Shown piece after piece: positions 23,775 through 37,284 of a stretch of 64,000 nucleotides of DNA (positions within the stretch are counted from its first letter, which is position 1; every line of letters begins with the position of its first letter). The DNA lies in assembly GCA_002189035.1 (NCBI GenBank), contig CM007989.1, positions 7,316,001 through 7,380,000 on the forward strand, written 5' to 3'. The DNA is from Utricularia gibba (lineage: Eukaryota > Plantae > Magnoliophyta). The notes under the pieces were generated by a model that ran no database searches, was not told the origin of the DNA, and saw nothing but the letters and a program-made list of their open reading frames with translations. Position numbers and translations under genes: made by a program.

Positions 23775-26700
23775 TCAGTCAGCCAGCCCTTCATGTAGTC
23801 TACTGAAAACCAAGTTGACAGGAATGCAAGAGACTGCAGTAGGCAGATTTCCAGTTTTGATCAGGCCATTTTCATTCCGATGTCTGTCTTCTGCAGGGAT
23901 GGAGGAAAGGGATCTGATCTTCAGGTTGGTAGCTGCACTAAGTTTTGGAGGCATCACCAAAACTTTCCTGTCCAAGAGAGACTGAGTGTAACTATTCTGA
24001 GACACAGATGGTTTCTGGTGAATATTTCCAGGATCTGATGGAAACGGCCGCTGGGCATCATGATTCATAGGTGGAACACTTTCATGGCTCTGTCCATTGA
24101 GCCTTGGTGACAAAAATGGCCGTGGAACTCGAAAATTCGCAGTCCGGCGGCCAGTCCTCCACACAGAAGTAAGTGTAGGACTATCCAGAGGTTCAGAGGA
24201 TGAGTAGCCAGTGGTAGAGAGATAGTTTGGCACGCTACCATTTTCAAGAGTCTCCACTTGAACAGGATGGCCTATTATCGCATGCCCATTTAGCTTACTT
24301 GTCAATGAGATAATGGGAACATTCCTTCTGTAGCTGTTTCCATTAACCTGCAAGTCGACATCTACTAGCATGAACCTGCCTCCAACAGAGTGTTTACCAC
24401 CAAAAGATGAGAAGTACTCCTGTGAGCCATCATATGCCCTTGTTGCAGAATGGTTGTTCCACAACTGGGACTCAAAATCGGTGATGACATAGGGACTAGG
24501 TGTACCCTTTGATGAATACTTGGAGATATGGGATATTTTATCCGTCGAGTCAACTTTGGTGTCACTCCTACCACTGGAGTTTCCCATATTTAGATACCTC
24601 CTAGGTGTTTCTGAGCTGACATCCAGAGCTTTTTTCCATGAGTTCTGTTTTTTCCTTTTCCCTGCAAACCGCCGCTTTGAAACCTCTGAACCTGATGACA
24701 CATGGTCATGTAGAAGACGGTGAGCTGGTCCATTAGTGTCAAGATTCCCATCGACATCGTCAGTACTGCTAATGCTTCCATGGTCTTCATGGACATCAAT
24801 TCTCCCAGGGTATTTAGGATGCAATTCTATGGAAGCGGAGCCATCTACAAAATCAGATCAGATAGATGAACAAAATTTTTGGAGAAATAGTACAGGTTCT
24901 GATTCAGATAGTTGGATTACAAAAGCAGCACGAATCATTAAAAATGCATACATCACCACCCATGGTTACCACACAATAGCAGCAACCACAGCCATAAATC
25001 AGAAACTAATGATGGACTTCAGGATAAATGAACTAACAACCAAAAATTATCCTCAGAGAGTCAAACGCAGTTACTACAAGTAGTCTGGTAGGAGACCACG
25101 AGTTAGGGTCATAAAACAAGGACAGCTTGCACAGGCGCATACCAGCTTAACTTTCTATGCACATTCTCAAGCATCAATGGAAACACCCAATTCAGATTAC
25201 ACACCCAAAAAGCCAGGGAACGCTGAGAAATGACCCTAACTTGAGCAGGATGACTATTCATAAAATAAAATAAAAAAATTGTAAAACTTCAACCAGCAGA
25301 TATGGCAATTACATTGTCTTACCAGAAAGTTGAGTAAGGTCATCATCTGAATCTGATCCTAGCGAATCTGTCCCTGAACAATCAGTTTCAGTATCCTCTG
25401 TAGATCCAGATAATTGATCTTCACCAAGATCACCAGGATAGACAGTTTCTTCAACTTTTGATACATGCACATCAATTGGAGATTGAATATGGTTATCATC
25501 AGTGTGGCCTGATGAACCATATTGCACATGTGAATATTTACTCCTCTTAGCACGGGGTGCAACTCTTGAAAGCTCCTCACCTTATTTATATAGCAACAGA
25601 AAAATTAAGATGGGTTAAGATGCGGTTTGTGCCATAAAGCAAAACATTAAAAAGAGCAAAGTGATTCTAGCGTGCATGTAGCTTAAAATTTTTAGATGTG
25701 GCTCAAAACACTTGACGACTCTGATTCCAAGTTAGAACTAACAAAATGAGATTCTAGAGAAAGATCATCATGAACAAGTTACTGAGAAATCAGAAGGCAA
25801 TAAGATTGTCCTACCAATTGATGCAGCAGCACGCAGACCGACGTCTTGCAAACCTCTCATTCTAGGAGGCAAACCTGCACCATCATCTTCCACATGAAAT
25901 TGATTTCCATCCCTTAATTTCTCCTTGTGTAGGGGCACATCGGCCTCATTCTTCTCACATACAGAAGAACCAAGATTCTCACTCCCAGGATTAGATAAAT
26001 GACCGCCCTTATTTCCAACTCCATTTCCAATGTAATTTGACGAAGTAGCCCCATCTGGTGACACTTTGCTCCCAGCCCACGAAGCGTAATCTGAATTCCC
26101 GTGTTTTTTCTCCACCAACTGCCTCTCCAATTCAAGTGCATGCATAATAGCATCCTCCCGGCGTGCATATTTCTCTCTTTTCTTAGGAGGCATGCCTTGA
26201 GCTGCTTCAGCCCTTTCTATGCAGTCATCAAATTCACCACAACGAAATGCCTTAACACGTTTTGACTTTTCCAAATTGTACCAATCCCTGATGATAAAGA
26301 TTTTGCCAAAAAAACTAGACCACTTAGTGAAAACCAGGGCAAAAAGTACATAACATTTCTGTGATATCAGACGTTCATTAACATACATGAAAGACACTAG
26401 CTCAGCTTATGAGATTATCAAGTGAAAGCTATAAACATTTGTCACGACTTGGTATATGCTCGATGTGAGATAAAAACTAATTCACTGACGTGCATGTTAC
26501 ATATCATTAAGCTTCGATCACGACCACAACATCAACTGATCAATAAGTTATCCAAAGTGACCAGCGTGCATGCTATAATTAGAACTTGCAACCATACAGA
26601 AAAACGGCAGCAAGCCAATGCAAATTTTTAAGCTTTCTGGACTTACACACTCGCATCTTCCCTCCCTAGAAGCTTGACTGGAGTGCCAGATCGAGGAGAT

Positions 26701-26834
26701 GTTATATGCGAAGAAGAAAGCTCTTCAGGGCCCAGAATTTTTCCAGGCCACCATGATCCATTCCGTCTCCTAACCCATACAATACTTCCCACGCTGCAAT
26801 CCACCACCCCTCCACCTGTATCTGAGCTACCCAT
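23775..26834 (-). CDS. PWWP/Tudor domain chromatin protein (At3g03140 PWO1/PEAT PWWP-like), multi-exon with 5' UTR exon(s) to about 27400
   Basis: GSIVWVRRRNGSWWPGKILG..RSGTPVKLLGREDASV|DWYNLEKSKRVKAFRCGEFDDCIE..KYARREDAI.HALELE; C-terminal PIISLTSKLNGHAIIGHPV.VE and VSCIPVNLVFSRL. Confidence 0.88.
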
Positions 26835-27204
26835 CCTTCCAACCTCTATACACAAAATGTACGTTTTCTTTTCTTTCCTTTTCCAAGAAAACGAATTATT
26901 ATCAAAAGAAACGATCTTTCAAAACTTCAGAACATCCACTGCGTACTTTCAGCTCATATGCTTCACTTCCCTTTGAGTCGATCTAAACCAACCTGATTAA
27001 TCGTCACCCTTTGAGTCAAATTGCAACCATTGACTAAGAGAAAAACGAACCAAGAGAACAAGCTAGATGCCCGACCTGACGATCAGGCTAACCTATTGGG
27101 GGGAATCAATTGACTATCCACTTGAAACAAATCTTGAGCGGCAGAGATCGGCGAAGCCCCGGTACCGAGCAAAAAACCTCGGGAATTGTCGCAATAGGGG
27201 ACGA

Positions 27205-27222
27205 TTAGGGTTAGGGTTAGGG
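27205..27222 (+). repeat. (TTAGGG)3 telomere-like / telobox-like tract
   Basis: ttagggttagggttaggg read directly, in the 5' region of the PWWP gene. Confidence 0.85.
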
Positions 27223-27801
27223 CTTCAATAGACCAGTTTTAGGGAAAAATTTCATCTTTTGGGGGGGAAATCTTGTCTAGTCACAGGATTGCTTGGAAAT
27301 TGGGGTTTCATGAATTTCAAGCAGTGGCTGACTCCGATCGAAACGACGAACACGTTTGTCGTTGCGGTTTGCCTCGTGGCTGATGGAACCTTCACACAAC
27401 CGATTTATTTCTTTTTAAAAAAATGAGTTTGAAAATTAGGAGATGATCCCAATTCATATTTTTTTGAGTTCAATTTAATAATTTTTTTATAAAAAATTAA
27501 AAATTAAAAATATCATTAAATCTAAAAAAGAATTTAATTCGATTTTAAAATATTAATTAAAATAAATAAATAGGTTCGTTTTCTTCTATAAATAATTAAT
27601 TAATTAAACAACGTTAACCAATGCATTGCAGGGGGCGAGTCTAAAGAGGGCGTTCGAAAAAACAAAAACCGATAATAAAATTTAAATTTTGAATTCTATG
27701 CGCCAACCGTTGCCTTGAGCTCCTATAAATATCTCATCATTTCCATTGATTAGGGCATTCAGAAAGCAGTCTTAGATTCTGAGTTCTTCTTCTCAATCGG
27801 T

Positions 27802-30800
27802 ATGGATTTTCACACGCTCACGAGAAGAGAGTTGCAGACTCTATGCAAAAGGAACAAGATCCCTGCCAATATGACCAATGTCGCGATGGCGGAGGCCTTA
27901 GAAGCTTTGGAGATGGTAAGGTTTTGTGCTTTGAATGGTTGGTGTTGAATTTGCGGCCGACATTTTTTCGGTTCGTGGTTGGGTTTACAAGAAATGATGT
28001 TCGATTGGGAGCTGCTGAGGATCTTGATATCAATCCTTTTTTTTTTTTTTACTCAATGAGTAGAGTATGTTGATCGAGTAGAAATGATCTCGAGGGTAAT
28101 TGTGAACTGGTGATTCGCAGGTTGATGGGCTTGAGGAGATTGGAAATGTATCGCCGGGGAGATCAGCTCTGAAGTCTCCGTATGTGCCGACCGGTGGGGG
28201 AGTACCGGAGGAAGAATCCTGTTCAAAAAGAACCAGCAACCCAGAAGACGAATCGTAGTACTCGGAAATCTAGCCAAAAGGATCTGGGTAGTGAAGGAAT
28301 CCAAACTCCAGTATCAAAAGCAGGAAAAAAGAAAGACCATATTGGTTCCGGTCGCCGGAAAATTTATTCACGGATGGAGGATATCAAAGATGAGGAAGAG
28401 GTTATTCAGGCCACGCCTGCAAACCTGGACGTCACTGGCCGGAGAGGAAGAGTGAAGAAAGTGGATTCCACAGTCAAGAGCGTGTGTAGCTTACGACGAT
28501 CAGCAAGGTTGGCACAGAAAAGTGGGAAAGTGGATCTTGAGAGAAATGAAAGTTCAGAACTTCCTAAAATGGATTTTGCACCAGTGGAATATAATCAAAG
28601 TGTGAATGTAAAAGAAAGCCTCCGCGAAGCCGAAGATACATCTAGCATCACTGGTATGTTTCAATTCATATCAAACATTGAATGTGCCAAAAATTATCCA
28701 CATATGCGATGCTTAGTATTTTCATGTATTTTATTTCAGCAGTAGATAAGACCAAAACAGAGGGAAAATATGATGCTGAAGGCGAACCTGAAGTCAGTTC
28801 AGTGCAGAAAGAAGAATTCTCAACTGCAACAGAAACGAAGGAAATTACCATCGAAAATATTAAACCCCATGTTACAAAACCAGCTGAATGTGATGCAGAG
28901 GATGAACAAGTTGTTTCAGTACGGAAGCAAAACTCGTCCACGAAAAATAATGCAATGACTGTCCAGAATATTGATGCTGATGATATGATATCAGCTGAGT
29001 TGGAAAAACGTAACGCAGATAGTAATGAAGAAGTTGTTTCAGCGCAGAAGCAAGAATTGTCAGTTGAAAATAAAGCAATGACTGTCGAAAATGTTGAAGC
29101 CGGTGATGCAGAAATCGAAAAGGTTGTTTCGGTGCAGGGGCAAGAATTGTCAGTTGAATGCAAGGAAATGACAGCCGAAAATATTGAAGCTGCTGATGAA
29201 GAAATTGAAAAAGCCTTTTCAGTGCAGGAGCAAGAATCGTCCGTTGAATGTAAGGCAATGACTGTGGAAAATGTTGAACCTGGTGATGCAGAAATCAAAA
29301 AGGTTGTTTCGGTTCAGGAGCAAGAATTGTCAGTTGAATATAAGGAAATGACTGCCGAAAATATTGAAGCTGGTGATGAAGAAATCGAAAAAGTTGTTTC
29401 GGTACAGGAGCAAGAATTGTCAGTTGAATGCAAGGCAATGCCTGTTGAAAATGTTGAAGCTGCTGATGAAGAAATCGAAAAGGTTGTTTCGGTGCAGGAG
29501 CAAGAATCATCAGTTTGTAAGGCAATGACTGTCGAAAATGTTGAAACCGGTGACACAGAAACAGCCGAGGAGGATAAACGTGATGCAGAAATCGAAGACG
29601 TTGTTTTCGTGCAGGAGGAAAAACTGTCAATTGATAATAAGGCAATCATTGCTGAAAATGGTGAAGCTGATGATACAGAATCAGCCCAGGAGGATAAACA
29701 TGATGCAGAAATCCAGGAAGTTGTTTTAGTGCAGGGGGGAGAATTGTCAGTTGATGGTAAGGCAATAACTGTCGAAAATGTTGAAGCTGATGACACAGAA
29801 ACAGTCGAGGAGGATAAACGTGATGCAGAAATCGAGGAAGTTTTTTCAGTGCAGGAGGAAGAAGTATCAGTTGATAGTAAGGCAATCACTGTTGAAAATG
29901 CTGAAGCTGATGATACAAAATCAGCTGTGGAGATCACCAATGAAGCTGAGCATGAACTGCCGGAACAGGATGAGAAAAAGGAAGCGCTTCATCAGTTTGA
30001 GATAAATGGGTCGTATAATGATCTGCCTAATTCAGATATTGGAACCATCGAAGAATCTCTCACCAATATCAGCAGCGACACTGAATATGAAATTGAAGCC
30101 CAAGCTTCTGTCCAGTTGCATGCCAAAAGTGGAGGTATTTTTTTTTTTTTTCTGGAACTTGTTAGTTTTTTGGGCATCATGTCATCGTATGTCTACTCAC
30201 TTTGTCAACTGTTCCGGAGCAGATCTTCCTGCAAATGCTGGTAAGTTTTTCGATGGACAAATTACTACAAATTCAGGAGAGAATGGTAGTCTGGAGGAGG
30301 GGGAAATCCTGCAAACCTACAGTAAGACTGCCTGTTTCAGGATGCTGTTCAGACATCTTACGTGCATTTTGTTGATTGAATGAAGTTTTTTGTGTCATGA
30401 TCTTGCAGACGAAGTGCACACTGGTCTTCTTGAGGAGGAGCAAATAACAACCGAATCCCTTATTCACCTTTCCGCTTTCGATGGAAGCACTAGAAGGAAG
30501 GTTTCCAGCTTCGCATTGGAAATTCTAGATTACATACAGACGACGGGGGATCCTCCCACCGACGAAACCACACAATATCTTCTGGAGACAGACGAAGTGT
30601 TTTCTCCTACTGGTGAAACCAGTCAAATTTCTTCGGAGACACATGAAGAGTTTGAAGGATTAGAAGCCGGCGTTGAAACACCAACCATCCCCAGCAAGCA
30701 AGTAAACACTCCTGTGAAGGAAGGAGAAACCAGCTCCCTCACCTCCAAGGAAATGACTTTCAAAATTCTGAATCAGGCTCCATCCAACTCTGGACCTCAG

Positions 30801-31031
30801 AATCCAGGTACGCCCAAGAGAGAATCCACACCAAAGAAACAGCTTAGTGTGGTGGTTGCATCAGACAACAAAGAGAACATCTGCAGTGAAGGCGGGACTG
30901 AAATCAAACGAAAGAAGGTTGCAAAAAGCACTGGTGCAAACCTAAACTTGATGTCTCTGAGGATGGAGCAGCTAAAAAAGCGCCTGAAAAACAGAGAAGC
31001 TTTGAAGAAGTGTCGTCGTCCCCTGGACTGA
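27802..31031 (+). CDS. Uncharacterised acidic tandem-repeat protein with SAP-like N-terminal helix pair; exons approx 27802-27915, 28121-28653, 28740-30134, 30223-30321, 30409-31031
   Basis: MDFHTLTRRELQTLCKRNKIPANMTNVAMAEALEAL start, basic TRKSS/RRSARL region, central E-rich repeats, C-terminal SDNKENI and LNLMSLR..LKKRLK typical of an uncharacterised plant family. Confidence 0.78.
28898..29931 (+). repeat. Coding tandem repeat array, about 10 units of 90 bp (30 aa) and 117-120 bp (39-40 aa)
   Basis: gaaat(c/t)(g/a)aaaa unit starts at 29111, 29201, 29291, 29381, 29471, then related starts at about 29588, 29708, 29828; consensus EIEKVVSVQEQELSVECKAMTVENVEA.D. Confidence 0.93.
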
Positions 31032-31916
31032 TTCCCACCTCCAAGGAACCGGTTACTCTCCCCCTCTCTCTTCTGAAGTCCATGTATGGGACAGTTTCCT
31101 TGTCCTTGTAATAAACTTCTACATTACCCACTGGTAATGAGAGTTTTTTTTGCTTTTACAGTGGGATTGTGTGCAGAGTTCACAGCAAAAGAGATTTGAC
31201 TTTTCAATATTATTTCCAACATTTTTTTTATTATTCATCATTTTCATTATATACTTTAAATTTTTTTATATATTAATTTAGAGATTACCCATGAAAAAAA
31301 CTGTGGAATGTAGCCAACCCTTCACCCCTTAACTCCCAAGTGTTTGAAAACTATTTTCAATTTATTTTTTTATTTATTCATAATTTTTTATCAAGTCCCA
31401 TTTTTAACTCATTATAAAAATGTTACAAAACATTTAATATTTTAAAAATTTAGAATTTTTATGTTTTTTATAAAAATTATTGGATCAAATTAAAAAAATC
31501 ATGAATTAAGATCAAATCAAATTCAATCTTGAATTTTAAAATAATGAATTCAATACTATTATTTATATTATATGAATATCCAATCCGCAAGGATCCAGTG
31601 GGCTTTACTGGCCATACAGGCCTATTGATCTCACCCATAAAACATAGCCCATGCAACCTAAGGAACGAGGAGTTGTCGGGGGAGGGGAGATCAGGCATCA
31701 AATTGGAAGAGGAGTTGTGCGTTTGTCGCACCTGAGCGCGCCGTGTATTTATGTTAAGGTATGGAGATTCGTTTTGGAGTTCTTAATGAACTATGAAACG
31801 ATGAATTCACATGAAATTTGCATGTTCCTTCGTTGAGCGGCGAGGTGTTTGAGAAAATGTCTGATTGGGTGTTTCCGGTTTCTTTTATTGTTTATGAAGG
31901 TGGGTTGGCGATTATT

Positions 31917-32532
31917 ATGGTGGCATTTAAGAACAGATACATGGTGATGGAGGTTTTCTTGGATCCTGACAAGGGCTCTTTGCTGAATGAACCCATTATA
32001 ATTACCCAATTCAATGTATCTAAAGCAATCAAAGATAGCATTCAGTTGAATTTTGGAGAATGTGGCTTGGCTTTGTCCCTCAATTCATTTCAAGGTGCGA
32101 TTTTTACATCATGGGATATTGTGGGTTGTTGGTATAAGGACCGTTTGAATGTCTCTTCTCTTGATGTTTGCAGTTAAGTATGTGAATCCGATAACGAAAG
32201 TCTGCATCTTTCGGACTTCAAGGGAGGAGTATCAACAAGTTTGGACTGCAATAACGATGGTTAGGAGTATAGGGAACTGTCCTGTGGTTTTCAATCTTCT
32301 TGACATCAGTGGTAAGTATCCAACAACGGCCCCTGCTTCGATGGCAAGGCAAACTCTTATCCTTGCTCTTGATTCTAATGCAGGAAGTCTAGAAGCTTGC
32401 AAAAAAGCAGCACTGAAGTGTGATGAGTTTAAGTTCGAGCAGTACAAGTTATATGCAGGGGATTCCCATTCACCTGACACTCAGCAACGAATGCAAAACC
32501 TTCTAGAAAAGATCAAAACCTTGGAACACTGA
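31917..32532 (+). CDS. POP5: RNase P/MRP protein subunit POP5 (Rpp14/Pop5 family); exons 31917-32094, 32174-32311, 32384-32532
   Basis: MVAFKNRYMVMEV..SKAIKDSI..NFGECGLA.SL.SFQVKYVNPITK..I.R.SREEYQ.VW.AITMV..IG.CPV.FNLLD.SGS..ACKKAA; phases consistent. Confidence 0.92.
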
Positions 32533-33058
32533 CACTACTTGGAATTTGTTCTGTACCGGAGGGAGATAGATATTAGATTTGCATTCAGACTGGAATTCAT
32601 TTCCCAGTTATCCGTCTCAAAATCTGTGGCATTAAAGAAATTTTCATGTGGATGATGAGTGCCTGCGACACTCAGCGCATAGAATTCGAGCCTGTTCATG
32701 AGAAGTTCAAATCAGTAGAAATAAATTTTAAATCATGAGGAAGTGAACAATTACATGGTCTATCAGTGAATGGCACTATAATTGGTAGACAGGCACTCGA
32801 ATTTTAACACCAGAAAGAGCTCCCATGCCAAATTTGTAATGAAAATTGGAGCTGAACCAGACGATCTCTCCAACTTCAGAGTCTCTGAATTTCTTCAGAA
32901 GCAGGAAGGAGCACACAAGAGAAGCCAACTTTGTGAAAACGCTATACTAGACACAACTCTATGGTACAATTCCAGCGCACCCTCCCAACTATAATGGTTT
33001 ACACAAACATTCTCTCAGGTGCTGCTTCATGGGCATATTTCTACAACCAAAACAAGTG

Positions 33059-35321
33059 TTATTCTCGAGGGCGAGCAAGCCAAAGGGAGCTGAGAGCTCG
33101 GAGTCGTGAGAAGTAGTCACTCATGGCGAGAAGGGCCCGAGCGGATTGCCGTGTGGTTAGTATACGGTGCATCTGCTGCAATGTCTGCTGCCTCAAATTA
33201 TCCGCCTGACAAAGATAAATAGCATACTTTATAAGGTAACTGAAGAATGTTGTTTACTTGCCAAACTGAATCCCCCATGCAAACTTTCACTATTGAACCT
33301 GGCGAATGAAGCCCTCAAGAGTTCCCAACTGACCCATGGCCATAGCCATTTGTCCCATGTAGTTTGCAACATTAGCCGAGGAACCTGAAGGACTGAGAGA
33401 GCCAGCTAAAGTTTCCCCTAATGACTGCTGCAAAGCTTCCAGTCCCTGAGACAAAGCATCTTCAGCCTGTTGAGATGACTGCTGTAAGCTATTGATCGCC
33501 AAAAGCTGCTGTTCGGTCAATGGCTCTAAATGATTCATAAGAAGCTGCCACAAGAATCAAGGTATTACATTTCATCATTAACAAGAGATACATATCCAAA
33601 CGAACGAATCACTCTAATCCTAGAAGAGGTGGGGTTTCATTCACCTTAAGAAGTTCAGATGATCGAAACCCACCGAGCCAAAGGAAGCATCTTTCAGCAG
33701 GCGTTTTCCACATGCCAGAAAGAATATGAAAGACATCAGCCTTAGCAGCATCCCCTTTTATCCTGAAAACCTCATCATAATGTGCTAAAATGCCTTCCAC
33801 AATTATCCGAAGCTCAGCATCACCGGCATGTGAATTGACGGCTCCCCTTAGTTCATTTATCCGACGGTTGTGATCCTCCAGCCACCGAGCGTATTCAACA
33901 TCAAATGGCAGGGCACCTGGAAATGGGAACAGCAGTGGTCATTTTCATGACGATCTGATCCACTGACAAATCACTTCTAGTGAAATTAATCTCGAACATA
34001 AAAGCACGATATTTAAGCTAAGTCATCAAATTCATCATAAAAATAGGATTTCTCGCCATTACAGTCCCTCCCTCTCTCTCTCAAACAAAATATATCAGAC
34101 TTGGCATAACGATGGATGGAAACAGAAGGCACATCAAAATGAAAATATTACCATTTCCACCGTTTGCTTGAGACTGGTCTCCCGAGCTTGAAATATATAC
34201 CCCTAAGTCGACCCACAAAAAAAAAAAAAAAACATTTAGAGCACATCAGGAAACAAAGGCCACGTGACCTGCATACAGGAAGTTGCATGTCAAGGAAAGA
34301 GAGCAGAACCTGCTGCCTAGCTCGCTGGAGCTCTTGCTCAAGCTGTGTCAGCTTCATTCTGCTGCTTTCTAGTTGTTGAACGTAGGCCTGGACCCCAATT
34401 CAAGAGAAGGAACAAGGTAAGACTACAAATTTGAAAGGCAGATTATATTGTTATTCTACGGCTATTGATCCAGACAACTCCATAATCAGAATAAGGCTTG
34501 AATTTTGATCCTTAATTTGCTACCAAGAATTACTATACTCGCCCTAGAAATGTTAACCAGCAGAAAGAACTTGGTTGTTAGTCAAACACAGAGCTTTGGC
34601 TACTAAACATTCACATTGATTCCAGTGAAACAAAGAAGTTTGAAGTACTATCCAGCAATCACGCACAAAAATCAGGGAAACTGGCCAAACAGCAACAAAG
34701 CACAATCAGTAGTTTTCATAAGTCACATATGAAATCATACATCATAGTGTAACTATACTGGGTATCTATGAAAATAATAATTGACAATGAAATGGGTAAG
34801 GACAAGTTGAAACACGAGACACATTCGAAACATGAGACACATTCTTGAAAAATTGGAACTCTGAAAGTTTCTGAGCTTGCCTTCTTCCTCAAGCGACTTT
34901 TTCGTGCAGCTTCACGATTTTGGGCAAGCCTACGGAGAACCTGCAGAAGGTGAGTTGGGGGATGAGATCATGCATATCGTACAAATCAAAAGAATATTAT
35001 CATGCAGCACAATAATAACCAAAACCTTTTGATCTCTTGACTTATCACTGCCATCAGAAGCAACTGAAGCCTGCAGTTGATTGCTTTTGAACTACACATA
35101 AACCAAATGGCCATAACATAGAGATTGGTCAACCCACCATTTCCAAATGTGAAAAGAGGACACGCAAAACAATGATATTTTAAAACTAAACATCTATAAT
35201 TCTTCATAAAAGATGAAACACAAAATTAAAGAAATTTAACTCTTTTAAAGCTAATTACCCTCAAGCTCTTATCTTGAGTATCAGCATCGGTTGAAGTGTC
35301 AGTCCTAGGACTGGATGTCAT
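33059..35321 (-). CDS. TGA/OBF bZIP transcription factor, clade II (TGA2/5/6-like), multi-exon with intron-containing 5' leader to about 36400
   Basis: SPRTDTSTD, LRRLAQNREAARKSRLRKK, AYVQQLESSRMKLTQLEQELQRARQQG, DOG1-like domain KADVFHILSGMWKTPAERCFLWLGGFRSSELLK, YMGQMAMAM, ADNLRQQTLQQM.RILTTRQ.ARALL..RLRALSSLWLARPRE*. Confidence 0.93.
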
Positions 35322-37284
35322 TTTGAATCTTTTCTGACTTCAAAACTAGTATACCAAAAAAGAAATGACTGCATGAATGACCTCAGAGTTGATCCACCTC
35401 CGAGGAAAACGTGGCCAGACTGCTGGAAATACTCTCAAAACTGAGAAACAAAAAAGGATATAAGCAAAGCAACCCATTGAAGCCGACAGCAGAAAGCCCA
35501 CATAAACCATTTATAGGCTAGAAATTGGAAAGTAAAGGGTTCTTCCAGTTCCACAGTATTAAGGCTACACATTTATGTTTCATTGCTATCCAGTGGTTGT
35601 TCCACAAGCAGGTTATATTATACCTTGTACCTAATCTTTGGGATTTAGGACCCAAACTTGAGACTCGGGGTAGAACTTAAGTGCTAACACAACATAAATC
35701 GAAAAGAGCCGCCATATAAAATATAGGCAAGCATCATGCCCCTAGAAATCTGGCTACCTGAACGATCATTACATCTTCGCTAATCAAAACAAAAGAAGCA
35801 AAACTCAGCAAAATTAAGAAACAAAAGGCATGTGATACCTTGAACATTTACAGTACCCACCGGCTCCAAAAGTGGAAACTTTAATTACTGCATTTCACTA
35901 GTAAGAATTAATTGAAAACCTAAAATGATCAATCCGCATATGTCAATCAACAAACGTATATTCATGTCCGGCCAGAGAAAAATAAGTAAAAGACCCCAAC
36001 ACAATAAATCCATCTACCGGATCTCACCCAGCAACAACCCATCACACCCCTGGTCTCAAAAGCAAAGGACTTCCATCCTTAAGCAACATAAAATCCAAAC
36101 CCCAGAAAGCATCTCCGTAAACAAGAAAACCCACAGCACCCAGAGACATAAAATACCTGTATAAGCTCGAAAGGCGCCGCCAAGTACAGGCCTTTTGTGA
36201 GAACTTTTTCTTCTTCAATCGGAAGAGTGAAAAAAGATAAGAAGTGGCCGGGGGAAACCACTCACCACTAACGAGACTTGACTTTCGCTGGTCTGATTTC
36301 TTCTTTCTGGATTAAGTTCGAAGTTTCGCATATGGTTCCCATGTCTTTCTTCCCAATAAAAAACTATTTATAATTACTCCAGCGCAGACCCACACAGACA
36401 GACAAACCAGGCGCTGAGAAAGAGATGAGTGGAGCAGTACACGCTACAATCTACATCTCGATGCAGCCAGCGGTGAGCTGGATTGGATTGGATGTGCGTC
36501 GACTTCCTTTCCGTGCTGAATCAGTTCAATTTTCATCAAAAAAAGGAAAACTGAACTGACAATCAATCGATTCTGTTGATTCGTCAAAATTTCACGCCCA
36601 GGTTAAAATGCATAGAATTTCACTTCTTCTTTTTACCTCTTGTGTCCATGTTCGCGCACATGCGCCTCGACTGCTACCTTTTTCTTTTTTCCATTATTTT
36701 TTGTTTACAAATAATATTGGGATTTTGACTTCACATTGACAGAACAAAACAATCTCATGCACTTTCGTTTGTTGGTATCTGTGAGCCGCCTCCCTGCAAC
36801 ATGCTAGCCACCAGCTTCTCAGAAGCTTCAATAGATTACCATCCAAAAGTGACTAAAAGAACCATCTTCCAGAAAAATTTGCTCAAGAGAATGTGTTGTT
36901 TACCTGCGATGATGACATCTTTGATCATCAGGCCTGTGCTCTATATCTTATGCTCCTTCCTACCTTTTCAAGGAGTTTTGAGGAATGATTGGTCTGTAAT
37001 GTGCCTCCGGTTGGAGCCCAGAGCTTTCCACTGAATGGTACTTGAGTAAGAAAATCACCAACCGGGGCTGCATACTCACTTTTATGTCCATCATCATGAT
37101 GCTGCTGCATCCTGCCAGAAGTGGGAGCCCAAGGTGTTCTCGACTGAGTGGATTTTGACAAGACAAGGAGCTTCTTGTATGACTCATTGCCGCTCTATTG
37201 TTTTTCCGTGCAACACTGCAACTGAATGACATTTGACAAGCACAGCACCATGGAGAAAGCCAACTAGCGGTGCTTTATCTCATA

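Noticed and set aside
28666-29940. Long antisense and alternative-frame ORFs over the repeat array (Ser/Thr-rich and His/Gln-rich)
   Set aside because: Shadows of the in-frame 90/120-bp coding repeat.
36801-37232. Overlapping short ORFs with a WAPT.G repeat downstream of the PPR gene
   Set aside because: No recognisable domain or consistent exon structure; probably UTR or intergenic.
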